Assembly: GCA_976226885.1 (NCBI GenBank)
Contig: OZ320316.1
Coordinates: 78,244,001 to 78,308,000, forward strand
Source: Iphione sp. A-MEVVRFRX5
Taxonomy: Eukaryota
Direction of reading: 5' to 3'
DNA: 64,000 bases
The notes below the pieces were generated by a model. It was not told the origin of the DNA and made no database searches. It saw nothing but the letters and a program-made list of their open reading frames with translations. Shown in pieces: positions 1-13,914 of this stretch (positions are counted from its first letter, which is position 1; each line of letters opens with the position of its first letter). The position numbers were made by a program, and so were the translations under genes.

Positions 1-3000
1 ATATACCGCACAATTTCACTCCTACACTCTGTCAAGTTTCTGAAAGCTTCCCCTCTTCCCCTTGCTCTCGTAAAATAAGTCCATACCCCTCTTATTTTTT
101 TTACCTTCAATATTCCCTGTCCCTTTCTTGGCGTTTTAATACATATGTACATATTACATATGTAATAGTAGGCTTACATACCTGCTAGCACTCAACTCCA
201 AACAATCTATCTCTAGACGTCTCGTAGTCCCCAGTATGGGTTACCAATCATAAGTATTCTTGTTACTCTATTGCACACATTACTTAGCATTACTTAACAA
301 AAGCCTTGGTGTTATTCGTCATTACCACTATTATGCCCGAGTCAATTACTGGCAATATGCATTGCCTTTCCTAGTGCTACGCTACCCCTGTCCCAAAATA
401 CCCTTGTAACTCTCCCCTTATAATATAATTTGCCACTTATTTTCTTGTATACTTCCCTGCCATGTTGCTGAAAAGTTAACGTTTGATCTAACTCCTAGAT
501 ATTTATAATGTGCTACATCAGCAATTATTTCATCACCCAAAGGTACCAATGGCAGATTTTTATAGAATAAAGATAGTTGAACCTCATGATAATTGTTTTT
601 GATACACTGGTTTGAATTCTATTGTCTGACAAATTCTTGATTTAATTCAAGTTCTTTTCCATTCTTAGCCATTTCGTATATTGACTTTCTAATGGTAATT
701 ACTATATAATCATCCGCATATATGAAGGCCCTTATAACCTTTTGTGTCCTTTGTGTTCCCGCTGTAAACTTTAAAAAGGTGGAGAATTGCATGTAACCCT
801 AACCCTAGTCCTAAATTCTTTCCCTAAATTTTTGCACAAATGCTATGTCTTTCCTATCCTCTCCTTTTAACACAAATCTATCCTCCTATTTCTGATTAAC
901 TGTATCCCCAGGGAGGTATCCAGTCTCGGGCCAATAGTAAAAATGTGTTTATCATAAATGTATTTACCATATTCTCCTTGGGCACTTCCACACCATCCTT
1001 CTCTGATTCAATGGACCCGTCGATTTTTGAGTTACCACGAGGTATTTTTTGCCCTTTCGGAAGGGGTGTGGTCTGTATCCATAGCAACTTGGGCTCAGCG
1101 CATGCGCACTGAAAGGCCTCCCTCGGCAAACATTGCCACATGGCTTAGCTCACATATTAGAAGAAAGAGGGTGATCTCTCTCAGGTCACCATGATAAAAC
1201 TATGCAAGGTAGGAAGAAATGGTTTGGCATATGTATAGCTAGGGTATTAAAGATCACTTGTTCAAATTATCTAAGAGTTCTGTAGAGAAATAAGTCAGCT
1301 GCAGGAGGTCAAAATTACACATTTTACATAGGATTTGGTAGGGACTGTAAACCCTTGCCGAGGTGTAGCGTATATAGGTCATATTCACTCCTGCCACCTG
1401 GTGTTAATTTTTCTTTATCAATGGGCTCATTGTAGTTTTCTTATTCAGAATCGATCTAGCTCTTAACTTCAGACATCTCCAGAACATTCTTTTATCATTT
1501 TTGTTAGTTTCTAATTCTCTTTTAATCGCCATCTTCTTTTTCCTGTTTATATGGCTAGACACCTCCATATAACATTCCATTGCTAACACCCAGTCTTCTT
1601 CCCATTTGCCCTTTACTGCTTTACAAATAAAATATAATCCTCCTACGTATTGTCCTTAGTGAATTTTGAACGACTATCTATAAATGTTTGTATATGAGAA
1701 TTTATACCTTAATATGATAATTACACAGCTTATGTAACTTAAAAACTGCCAGTTTTAGAGATTTCCATAAGGCTTTAACTGTGTACCCGTTTCCATGGCA
1801 ACTGAGAACTAATCAGCTTGGCACTATATCAGAAAATGTCCGTCTTGTACAGCCCTTCTCACATGCCAAATGGCATGTTGGTTAAAAAATGAGGCTATGC
1901 CGCTGCACTATAACACCAATCAAATCACTTCTCTTTTTCTTAATTGATACTTTAGTCCATGGACATGGTATCGTGTATGCACTGCAAATGATCATCAACA
2001 TAGATTGCCATTTATATTCGATATTGCTCATTTCACAAAAACTATTTAATCTCTTCAATCAGACTCGCAAATTTAGCATTACCATACTTCTTATTTTTTA
2101 AAGTTATCATTATCCTTGTATTGTTTCCAACCATCCTCTTCTCAGTATCACATGTTACCATGTAATCATTATGCATAGTTTATTAACTCAAACTCTTCCA
2201 TATATATTACTTACTACTAGGTCAAATATTGATCCCTTAATGTTTTACTATTCTGGTTTCTTCCTTGACCAACTGGCATCATTATGTATATTCACCCTAT
2301 TGTATGGACTGCATGCGACGGCATTAATCTAGTCTTTATGCTGTGTTCTTATTCTTTGTACCAAGAATAAAGAAGGATCATGTCGTCTGATATCTATCAA
2401 AGAGATAGCATCCCATCCAAGGTACCACCGCATCTATACCTATTTTGTATACGTTTTTAAGTATTATATCATGTTTCCAGGACACTCATACATGGAGTTA
2501 TTTGATGCATACATGATACTAGACATAAGTTTATAAATAAACCACACAAAGCAAAAAAACATCTATAGACATTGCTGAGTTCCAGCACTGGACCTCAGTT
2601 CTGCATACTTGGATCCAGGCACATTGTATAAGCCTAGCTCAATGTCATTGTGAAGTAAATCCCTGCACACGCGTATCCAGGATTTATTTTACAAAATCGG
2701 CTACATGGAATACGGGGCCTTATTGTTCATGTACTTTTGGTGCACTTAAGAACCTTATTATGCCCCCGCAGGTTCTTCAAAGATATAGGTGTGTCAAGAT
2801 GTCGACCAACACGGAGATATCCTCGTACTGTATTTCACTCAACCTGTTCCATAATTGTGCCTACCTATTGACTATTAATCCTAGGGCACTATTTCTTTTT
2901 CTTTGCTACCATCTGTCGCACACCATCAGCATTCAAGTGGCACTCATAAATCACTTTCCCATAATGACTGCGCTTTTCCCTTTTAATAGAATAATGGATT

Positions 3001-4700
3001 ATCCTCGATATCCATAGATTTGGTATGCCGTTTCAATCATTTAAGTCAACGAACCTACGATTGAGGTCATATGTTATATTTTCAACCATGGCCTGACCCT
3101 TCTCAGGCCCTGGTCTTGGTCTCGTAATTTCGTATATTCAATGCACAAATCGTTGGAAAGGCAATCACCGCCTCTTTAAAAATACGCATGAGCTCAAAGA
3201 AGCTTGAATCCTTTTCAGTTCTAATTTGTCGGGTTCTGGCGTTCTGGTGTTCTTAAGTACTTGATCCATGTTATAAAGTCCTGTGAACATCGTCAGAGCC
3301 ACCGCATTAAACGTATCCTTAGTAGCGTCGATCTGATTTCTTGAACTGGTGTCCATTAGGTAATCTGCAAGTCTTGGCCTTTGCATGAACTTCTTATGAT
3401 TGATCTTCTCTATAACCTCGGACTTCTTATTGTCCCTCATCTCGCTTCTCATAGTAATCTCTGAGCTCCTTGTTCGTCTTCACGTTAATGAGAGTATCCG
3501 CTGTATTCTTCTGTCTGACCTCCTCTACAACTGCCTAGCAATTGGCATGTTCGCTATTCATGAAAATCTTATCCCCCCCTTTGAATTGTACATAAATAAA
3601 GGCTACACAGAGAGTTCTCCTCTCCGACAAAAGCTATTACTTCATCTGTTCTTTTCCTGTGACCTTTGATCATGGTATCAATGATCTTTGATTTTGCTAG
3701 TTTAGGAATACCTCTGAGGGTTGGTCTGTTTCTCCTCCGTGTCTCCGCCCAGCTCGTCATTAATCCATATTCCGTGTTTAGGTTACTTTTGTTTTTCATA
3801 ACTTCAACTTTCTTTTCTACTCTGAGTAACGATACAGAGAGCACACGTACTCAATTTTTGTCCTTTCTTGATGTCCTATAGCAGTGGTGCACATCAGAGG
3901 CTATTAAGTTCTTTCTGACTCCTCCCTACTCTATTCTATCGTCTCGCTCGCTGCAGTTTCGCTTGTCATCAGCTCGTTCTTCTCTTCCGATGCTGTAACA
4001 CCATCCTTCAGTTTACTAACCTTATCCTTTGCGCCAATTAGTTGCCGTTCCATCTCAATTGCTTTTTCCTTTAGTCGTAGTGTTCGATCTTTTATGTTTT
4101 GAAGACTTGTGTCTTTTGTCACAATTTCCTTAATCTCTGTGGTATGCGTTACTAGACTTTGCTGCCAGTTCGCATTTTGTAGAACCATAACGTCCAATAT
4201 ATCCTTCAAGGAGACCTTTAAGCCGTGCTATGATATCGTGCAAAGACGGGTGGTTCCTCATCTTAATGTTCAGTCTCTCTCTTACTGGAGTACATTTGTA
4301 CTTGCAATTGGTGAAGCATCTCTCTTACCGTCTATATATGCACCATGTCGTCCTCCGTGTCAGTATCTGTGTAGTCTGTTCTCGGCTCAAATGGAAAGCC
4401 TTGAGTTTTCCTAGTGGACCCTCCTGTGGTTCCGCTTCAGGTATGCTGATTGCTTGCAATCCTCGATAGACTATTACGTTGTAATGCTCCAGTGGCCACT
4501 GCCATTGCCTGCCACGATACTTGACCTACTGAGTTACCAGTAGCACATTGATTCGGCCCCTTTCCTATTTGACCCTTCTTAACCCTCATTCGTCAGTTCT
4601 ACGCCTTGTCATGTGCCTCTTCCATTCTCGGTGGAGTATTTTAAGAACAATCAGAATTTTAAGCCTATCACTTGGCCCAACTCACCACAGAGTCTCGGAT
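1..4700 (-). mobile_element. Decayed Ty3/Gypsy-like LTR retrotransposon relic (gag-like then pol; runs off left edge)
   Basis: Minus-strand translation with stops and frameshifts gives RT-like motifs in Gypsy order: EDRKDIAFV (~870-845), EFRT..CNSPPF, AFIYADDI (~709-729), KTIIMRF..YLG. Coiled-coil gag-like ORF pieces lie upstream (3165-3452, 3569-3844, 3931-4209). No LTR pair is visible; the 5' boundary is approximate. Confidence 0.55.
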
Positions 4701-5902
4701 AATGAAATTCCTCATTTTCTCACCATTCTTTGATCTCATTACTTCTCCTTTATGTTGAAAAGCCTATCAATGCGCCACCGGTATGTGGATGGTTTGATGA
4801 GAGCCGAGAGCATCGTGTACCTCTTTCCGCTATGCTGTTACTTGAACGTTGCCACAACTAGTTAATCTCATTGGAATCTTTTGATCATGATTTCATCTTA
4901 AAGGCATCATAAAGATAACTTTGGCTTTTACCATATCCAAAAAATTATCTTCTCTTCCGAACAGAGAACGACGCCAATGGTTATACGTGTGCGTCGGCTA
5001 TCACTGGAACTTATGTTGGTTCGATGTACTATAGTTCAAGTTCTATTTACATATCTATATAGTTGTCGTTATGTTACCACGTTTGTATTTGTTGCTCCCT
5101 TCTGTGTTTGGAATTATCATATGTAGGGCCTAGTTTCCTTGTATCCTTGCTTTCGCAGCTGTTTTGGGTGCCATGCTCCCATGTTGTTTGGCATCTATGC
5201 ATATCAACTGAAGTGATTCCATGTGCCCGTACATGGCCATACACTGTGGTACTCCATGTGCTCCATGTTTCAGATTGGGACATGTCCCAGTTGACGAGGG
5301 GATAGGGAAACGTAGTGGCCGCCGGGAAAATTGCAGGCGACTGGCAAACACAGAGAAGAAACCATGGTTACTTGCAAGCACTTCTGTCTGTTTTCCCCTC
5401 ACCTCTCTGCACTGGACATGCATAAGGAGTGCAAACATGGTTACATGGAAATTAAGCCTAATATGTGTGATTGTAAAAACAAGCATAAGACTTGATCTTT
5501 TTGGAAATGGTTATCCAACAGGGCTAGGAATTAAAATACCCTAAGATAAAACCTGATAAGAGCTGCTATATAATCAGCTGTACTCTAAAACATCTTTCGG
5601 ACAACCTTCAATGGCAAAGAGGAGCAGGTGCGGGGATATTTAACGAGAATATCATAAATCCATTATTATATCTACGTTTTTCACCCATCATTGCTGATTT
5701 CGTTCCGAGAAGATAAATTTACGTTCCGTTCCACTTAATGTCTGTTTTTACTCACCCTAACTTTGCATTTGTAGCTGTTGTAATTCGTATTTTTGCTGTG
5801 CCTTTCCTCTTTTTTCGCTTCCTTCTCGATCATTCATCTTCATGTAATAAACCTCCGTCCTCTACATCATCCTCTCTTCCAGGGTAGTGCCCTTCATGTT
5901 TC

Positions 5903-5905
<3 letters not shown>

Positions 5906-5950
<45 letters not shown>
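5906..5950. repeat. (CT)n microsatellite
   Basis: Perfect CT run read directly. Confidence 0.98.
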
Positions 5951-5954
<4 letters not shown>

Positions 5955-6443
5955 AGCTTAATGAGTTGATGATGAAAATGATTAACGAAGCTTCAGTATT
6001 CAATTTCACAAGATTCTAAATGCATTATCAGCTGCGGTATCATAACTCCAACAATTCGGTGGCGTGAATAAAAGGACGTTCCTGTGAACCATAATATTGA
6101 TGGTGTTGCACTGATGTATTATGCCCAGCAGCTTACACAAATCGAGTGTAGTGATTGCTGATCAATTAGTGGTAAATTCCGATCTGTTGCATCACCTGAA
6201 TGAATATTATCAAACCACATTGATGATATTCTCTTTACCTGAGACACGCTTTCCAAGAAAAAGGGCATAACCACTTAATGAGAGCTAAAAGTGCAAAGAA
6301 TAAACATCGAGGAGCTAAACTCTGGAAATTAAGAAAATAGCATATAAGTCCATATGTGTTTTTTTCTTAAGGAGACACTGTAATGCTATTTTTTCTATTC
6401 ACCTACGTTTTAATAAAGCAATACTGAGTCAGCGATAAGATAT

Positions 6444-8385
6444 ATGAATACGATAAGTTATACTGTCAATTTTATAATTACTAGCCAATTTGAACATTTA
6501 AATTATGTTTCAAGTTGTATTGAACTGCAAGTATTACAACTGAAACCTGGCAAGTGTAAAACAACTGTCATTATTAAGGTCTATAGACCTCCATCAGGTA
6601 TCGTTAAAGATTTTATTCTTGTATTGGATCATTATTTAAAGGGAATCAATCTAAGTAGGGATGTGTATGTAGTTGGGGATGTCGATGTGAACTTATTAGA
6701 TAGTAAAGGTGCAAATGATCTGGGCCTGGTAAGACTCCTAAAAGGTTATGGTATAAGGATAGCTGCTAATACTGCCACTAGAGTGACAACTCTAAGTAGT
6801 AAACAGATTGATATAATAGCTTCAAAGTGTTATGTTAAGGATGCGGGAATAATTGACTACTGCCTCTCAGATCATCACCTAACTTATTGTATCATTGGGA
6901 AAAATAAAACAAAAATAGAACCAAATTATATTACTATTGCTTTTAGAAAGTTCAACGATGAGATAAAAAGGAGATTAATGGATGCTTTATGTGATGTTCA
7001 TTGGGAATTTTTTTATAATAGTAAAGATAGCAATGAATCCTGGAATATTATGCTAAATATTTTCCAAAAAGTACTTGATCAGATTACACTTGAGATATCA
7101 AACCAAGTTCTGTCTCAGTTGGGTATTGAATGGATTACTTCTGGCTTGATCAAACAAATTAGACTTATATAAAAAAAACGTAGACAAAGGAAAGACACCG
7201 ATACTACACGTCTTGCTAAATACCTGAAAAACCAAGTGAGAAAGTCCGTCCAGGCTCATAAGCAAAATTACATAAGGAATAAACTGGGTAACTATACCTC
7301 AGGTGAGAGAGAATACTGGAATTGATTAAAATCCATGATGGGCATTGAAATAAATAAACACAATGAGATAAATATTGATGTTGGTGGGCAACCAGTATCA
7401 AGAGATGCTATTCCCAATAAGTTCAATAGCTACTATACTGAAATAGTTGACAGGTAAGTACAATCTATTCTAAAAACTAGTGTATCAAACAATCTGCATA
7501 ATTATGGATAATAATGAAACGATCAGGGTTAAATTTAAATGTAAGAATGTAAAACAAGATGATCTAGCAAAAGTTCTTGTGAGTATTAACAATAGTAAGT
7601 CCTCTAATATACCTGGGATATCTACAAAAATATTAATTTTCTTATTTCAATGTATGATTTCACAAGTTACCCATTTAGTTAACAGAATAATGAATTTGAG
7701 CCAAGTGCCACTTCAATGGAAACAGGCGAAAGTGGTTCCAATTTATAAGGGTGCTAATAAAAGAAGAATGGAAAGTTATAGACCAATATCAGTTTTACCA
7801 TGCCCTGCAAAAATATTTGAGAAGTTAATATACATACAGACCTGTGACTATCTTGAAGCAAATTATTTATTTACTATGTCTCAGTATGGGTTTAGAAAAG
7901 AGGAACCATGGAAGCAATAATGGATGCAATGTATAATATTTTTCAAGACTGTAATGACTTTAAGCATATTAACTTGATTTTTTATGATTTATAAAAGGCC
8001 TTTGATATGGTAGATAGAAGTATACTAATTAGTAAATTACAGCAGCAATTTGCCTTCGATAGTACCACCTTGAACTTGATCTTAGTGGGAGAAAACAATA
8101 TACTGTGGTCAATGGTTGAGTTTCGGAAAAATATTTCAATAATTTTGGAGTACCCCAGGGGTCCACTTTAGAACCCCTACTCATTAGTATGAGGTGTGTG
8201 ATCGATTTGATAAATGGTGTGATACAAACAGGATTTTGATTAATGTAGATAAGAAAAAAATAATGTATATCCCCCAAAAAGAAGAAAAGAAATGAATGTT
8301 TAAGTCCTATAACAATAAAGAACCAACAGATAGAACATCTCATTGTACATGGTTTTTCATACAATAAACCTGATAACACCTTACA
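6444..8385 (+). mobile_element. Degenerate CR1/L2-type LINE ORF2 (APE endonuclease + RT)
   Basis: EN motifs VYRPPSG, VVGDVDVNLL, ATRVT..QIDII, LSDHHL (ORF 6444-7172). RT motifs WKQAKVVPIYKG..YRPISVLP..KIFEK, QYGFRK, KAFDMVD, GVPQGS (~8148). Multiple stops/frameshifts; the YADD segment appears deleted after GVPQGSTLEPLL. Confidence 0.9.
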
Positions 8386-8419
8386 GATTGTATGTTATAC
8401 ATGTACATAAAGTATGTGG

Positions 8420-8560
8420 GGTGGGGGTGGCTTTTCGACTCAGTGAGTGTTGGCCAACTGATGCTTATGTTGGTGCAAACCCTTTAATATACCAGCCCTG
8501 AGTTACCCCCTGGTGTAATAAGAGCTCACCATCCAGTGCGCTACCTATCACACACAACAC
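8420..8560 (+). mobile_element. Possible decayed tRNA-derived SINE
   Basis: Loose A-box (tggct..cagtgag) and B-box (ggtgcaaaccc) followed by a 38-bp segment (8508-8545) repeated exactly at 9963-10000, then a CA/ACAAC-type tail. Confidence 0.3.
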
Positions 8561-9038
8561 AACTATATTTACTGTAATCTCCTTGGGTATATTTCTTCCA
8601 AAAGTTGTCCTGCTATGTTAAATCCCCCACTTGAGGGTACTCCAGCTATTTCCTTTGGCTGTACTGCCTTAGTAAATCCTTTGACTGTGGAATACTTAGC
8701 CCCAGTATCCACTCCCAAGGTAATCCAAGTGGGTGTATTCCCTGTATGCTTCCCAGAAGGATAATGTCCACAAGTGAGTCCAATTCCAAACTGATTTTAT
8801 TGGCCACACAGGACCCATAGTTATAGTCATCCTTTGGTCATGTGACAGACTTGCCATGAAACTTTGTAACTGCTTTTAGATGGGAATTGCTACAGTGCTC
8901 CCTTGCAAGTCCTAAAAATAGCTCCTGCCTCAGCCACAAAGTTACAACTGGTTACTAAAAATAGACTGATCAATCAGGGGCCTAAAATTTTAACAAAAAT
9001 GTTTGGGCATAACCAAGTACTACCGCTATCACTGAGTA

Positions 9039-9387
9039 CAGTTATCAATACCAGATGCTTGTGTGTACCCAAGCAAAACAACTACTCCCCAGTACAGGGG
9101 TCACTGAGTACAGCTTATCACAACCAAGTGCTTGGGAGCACCCAAGTATGAGGGAATACAGTCATCAATATACAATGCTTGGGTGTACCCAAGCATAACA
9201 ACTACTCCCCAGTACAGGGGTTACTGAGTACAGCTTATCACAACCAAGTGCTTTGGAGTATCCAAGTATGATGGAATACAGTTATCAATATATGATGCTT
9301 GGGTGTACCCAAACATAACAAGTACTCCCCAGTGCAGGGGTCACTGAGTACAGCTTATCACAACCAAGTGCTTGGGAGCACCCAAGC
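9039..9387. repeat. Tandem repeat, 120-bp unit, ~3 copies
   Basis: Unit starts cagt(t/c)atcaata at 9039, 9159, 9279; sequence lines 9061/9181/9301 align almost base for base. Confidence 0.95.
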
Positions 9388-10759
9388 AATACGATACTGT
9401 GGCATATTCAGAGAGTTTATTTTTTCTCTGTTCTGTGGTCATTTCTAGACCATTATATAGTACATCTCATTGTACAAGATATTTTATACAATAAACCTGA
9501 TAATGCCAAGCCATTTTTATGTAGCAGTCGTAGACTGGGCTGCCTCTTTCAGTATCGAGGCTGCCTTCTTGGAATCCTGTTTTTTTTGTGTATACACAAG
9601 CATAGAGGGAGTGGATTACCAAGTCCCTGTGCCATGATCTGTGTTACTGTTACTCCAGCACCTCCCCTGCAAAAGCTATGCAGGGAGAAGGCCTGGTGAT
9701 CATAGCCTCATTGTTTGTTCATTACAACGAATGTATCCGATATTTGTTTAGTTGTAATTGGCATTACGGTTAGAGGATCTACAAATAAGGGTTCTTACTT
9801 TGACAGGCATGGAAGTACTGACATCATCTCAGTGAGTGCTTTATGGGGGCATGTGGCAGTGTCAGTCTTAGGATGGATAATATTTCTTTTATTGTTTTTC
9901 CCTATTGTTTTTGACCATTTTGCATTCATTTGACCATTACATTCCTCCAGCAATGAGTCACACCCTGGTGTAATAAGAGCTCACCATCCAGTGCGCTACC
10001 AATATAACATATCATTACTAAAAGCCACACTTCAAAATAGTATACAAAAAAGTTGTACTTCCTAAGAGGATGTTAATATTACGAACTTGTAAAGTCAGGA
10101 AAATTAGGAGATTTTAACGTTGTATTGTATTACATCACATTTACAGCCCACAATCTTCATTGTATCCTTCATGCTTATCTATTTATCATGCATGGATGTG
10201 TTGTTGCACATCGGCATATGATAACTAGTGTTTTCATATACAAACTCTTGCACTACAATAAATCAAGAGCTGTAGTACAATGACCCCTTGCTATTCCGAC
10301 CACACTTTGTTCCTAACTGATTTGACGTAACTATAAGTGACCGCATTGCTTAAGAGTTATACATGTGTATCAATTCCTGCTTTTTTATGAAACCGTGGTT
10401 ATAAAGAGTACTCAGCGGCTAAGGAAATGATTCACCTTTTCAAAGCGACCAGACACTAAAGGTTCATACGTGCGAGGAAAGGTACAAGGAAGCAGACTGG
10501 AGAATCATGGTAGGTGCAAGAAACATCGAATGAGAGGCAGCAGAGGCTTTTTAGCAGCATGGGAGGTATAGAAATGTCAGGGTAGCTATGGTAGCGGCAA
10601 ATATTAAGGTAACTGACGTCATGTCCTATAATGGTATACAGCCTGCATATATACAGTGGAGCATCTCTATTGGAAACATGCTGCGCATCCCTATTAGAGA
10701 AGTAAGTTCATCCAGTAGATTAGGTCTTGAGCAGGCTATATTCTACACATACTGTGATT

Positions 10760-11000
10760 TTTGAGGAGTAAACACCTGAGTTATGGTGAGTTGGTGGGTA
10801 AAAACCTGAGTTGCATTGAGTTTGAGGAGTAAAACCTTGAGTTATGGTGAGTTCGAGGAGTAAAAAAGTGATTTATGATACATCTGAGGAGTACAATCCT
10901 GAGTTGCAGTGAGTTTGGGGATTAAAACCCAAATCAAAGTGAGTTTGAGGAGTTAGAACCTGAATTATAGTGAGTCTGAGTGGTAAAACCCTGAGTTTAA
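10760..11000. repeat. Degenerate minisatellite, ~31-bp unit (tttgaggagtaaaacctgagttatggtgag), ~8 copies
   Basis: Periodic gagtaaaa-cctgagtt motifs read directly. Confidence 0.85.
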
Positions 11001-11788
11001 AGCCTCTCCCTCACACCTTTGAGCTGTCCCTTTGTCCTGATGACACTGCCAGCAGTATAAACCTGCTGATTTGCGCTATAAACCCGATGATATGTGGTAT
11101 AAACTGCCAATTTGCAGTTTGAAGCTCCCGATTCGTATTATGAACCCGCCTGTGATGCCCGCAGTGGTCATGCCTCTTTCTCACACTTCTGAGTTGTTCC
11201 TATCGGGGTGCTCCACCCCTGTTGCCTCTCCCTATTAGAGACTCTCCCTTAGCCTCTTAAAGACCACACATAGGAAAGTCTGCCATATTTGGCAGATACT
11301 TTCAAGCGAGAGTCTAGATGACTGATATTTCATGGATTCCTTTCAATTTTTACACAAAGAAAGATCATCTTGTGAGCTACCTGTGGTTTCTTGAAATTCT
11401 GAAAAAAAAAACAGGGTTACCATGTAAAACCAGTCACATGATCAGTCAAGATAGCATAAAATACCTTGGTTATACATATTCCTATATATATTCATGAATA
11501 AAAAAAGCCTTACAAATGAACAAAAGTGACGAAATATAGGGATATGATTGAAATTCATATTTTCTTTCTTGAAAGCTTTATTTCATCTGGTTAAAATCAT
11601 ACAATCAGTTGTATTCGCAACCAGTTCAAAATTGCTTGGGATGGAGACATCGTGACATCTTACATTTATATAATGGATTGAACATCTCATATATAGCATT
11701 TTGTTGCATCATCACATCACCGTTACCTTGTCAATTTTGTTAGGATCACATTCCACTATCAGTTTGTTATATATTTAAGAACTATATT

Positions 11789-13510
11789 CTTTTTTTTTTT
11801 TTTTTTTATTTCACTTAGGTAGTCCATCTAGCTTTACCTTACACCACTCTAATGTGCCTGATGAGATGGATTTCGAAACCAGGATAACATTCTGTGCGGG
11901 CAGGTCACAGGGGAGCCAGATCTTCTTCAACCAATGAGAAAGCCCCCTTGTATATGTGCAGCATGACCTCACCTAGCAACCAGCAGTAAACACACATATA
12001 TACCTGCCCAACACAAGACTGGCTCCACAGAACCTGGTAGCACTTCATGAAGGAATGAAATAGCCCCGTACCCTTCTGAAGAACTACATTCTTTCTTTAC
12101 ATCAGCTCCTTCTGGATATCATCCACTCTGTGATATTAGAACCTTTAAGTTCTCCCACCATCATTGAAGCACTATTTAGTACATTATATTACTACTGTCA
12201 GGATCACATCCACTTAATAGTATTTGGTCGTATTAATATTTAGATCACATCCTTTTAGCCTTGAAGGTATTTAATCATAATTTCGGAATACATACTACCA
12301 ATTAATTTATATTTCAGGGTCACATCCATTTAGGACACTCTAAAATCACTTCTAATTTTCTTGTTGTATCCCATTCTCTTCCACAATAAATTCATACCAG
12401 TATAAGCTTGATAACTCTCTGTTACGGTTAATCCTTGCCAAATCTTTTGAAATCTATATATGGGTGATTTCCTGAAAAATTCTCTTTTAGGCCACTCCAT
12501 GGATATTTCTTGTTTCTGTTTTGACTTTGTCATACACCTATCACTTATCAGGTCATTCACGTTCTCTGTTATACTTAGATATCCAAGTCGTAATATAGTG
12601 GATTCTATATTTCCTCTTAATTCTTCTAATATTTCTTGTCTAGTCGGAGGGGTAAAAGGCCAAAAGGCTGTCTTGTAGTATTGACATCGCAATGTTACTA
12701 ATTTCTCTACCAACCTCCCATCCAGCTTGTCCAAAACAAAGTTACTTTATTCAACTACTGGCATTATTCCTGTGCACATTACTCGAATAGCAAGACCTCT
12801 ATCAATAAACTTTCTGATGTAGTGATAATATTTAAGCTTTGAATATCCCTTTGACAGCAACTCATTAATATACGGAGCCCAGGATAGACAACTATCCAGA
12901 AAAACCCCTAAGTAACGAAAAACCTTTACTTCTTCTATCGTTCTAGTACCTAGCTTAATACAGGAGAATCTTACTTTGCGACCACCACTTGGGTCTGCCC
13001 AAAATGGTCGTAATAGCAAATATGGTCCCAAAGCAATAATTACATGTGGATTCTCTCTGAAACTGAAAGGTGTAAGAGACCATCAAAGACGTCACAGTTG
13101 AAGCCCATGACCACTGCTGGCCGACCCTCTCCAGGGTGAGCAACCATCAAAGACGTCGCAGTTGAAGCCCATGACCACTCCCAGCCGACCTTTGGTCGCA
13201 AAGTAATAGTAAAATATACAGAAAACGACCCTAAGATGAGTGGTCGTGGCCTGAATATGGTCGGAAAGCAATATGGTCGCAAAGTAAGACACTACCATAT
13301 AGGATATGTATTGAGAATATTTCCGTTCTGACCCAAAATGGTCGCAATGGTCCGTTTGGTCGTAAAGTGATGAGGTCGCAAAGTAAGGTTCTCCTGTATT
13401 CATTTTATTATAACTTCATCTCCTTGAAATGCCAAATCTCATTACTTTCGTTTTATTAGCATCTCCCTCGTTCAATGCAAAACATAACATAACACAACAT
13501 TGTAATATGA
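11789..13510 (-). mobile_element. 5'-truncated LINE (RT C-terminal half + 3' end), interrupted by a MITE
   Basis: NKTKVMRF (13400-13470) joins in frame to IKLGTRTIEEVKVFRYLGVFLDSCLSW once the MITE and one TA are removed. ORF pieces continue to 12330. AATAAA plus poly(A) on the minus strand at ~11789-11812 may be its tail. Confidence 0.8.
12961..13396. mobile_element. MITE, Tc1/mariner-type (TA TSD)
   Basis: TIRs caggagaa(t/c)cttactttgcgacc with one mismatch; TA on both sides (12959-60, 13397-98); removal restores the host LINE reading frame. Confidence 0.92.
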
Positions 13511-13914
13511 ACTTTTAATTTGGACAATAGGGAGGGATAACCCCCCCCCCCTTAACTGAGTGAGTACAATGTGTGGCTACATGCTGGAGCACACTTGGCT
13601 CATGACAACTTAGTAACTCAAGCCTACACTCATCATCAACTCACACCACTGGAGGAAATACCATCTCCACAACTTAACAACAAAGTCACAACACCTGACC
13701 ACACAGATTACACTACCTTCACACAGTTAACACAGCACATTAACAGGAGCATGAAAAATTCCTAACCAACAGTATGGGTGGGTGGGAGGGAACAACAACG
13801 ATCTGCGCTCGGCGGCGACAACTAGCTGAATGGTCAAGCGCACTGGTGGCCCACCTGGCGCCCCCTCTACCGGTTCATGCCACTACTAGATGCCTCGTTA
13901 CCGCCAAGCGCAGT

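Noticed and set aside
4950-4990. Primer-binding site of the Gypsy relic (minus-strand CA-T-TGGCGTCG)
   Set aside because: Match to a tRNA 3' end does not extend beyond TGGCG from memory, and no second LTR is available to confirm.
9039-9387. CRISPR-like array
   Set aside because: Whole 120-bp units repeat with no unique spacers, no cas genes, eukaryotic context.
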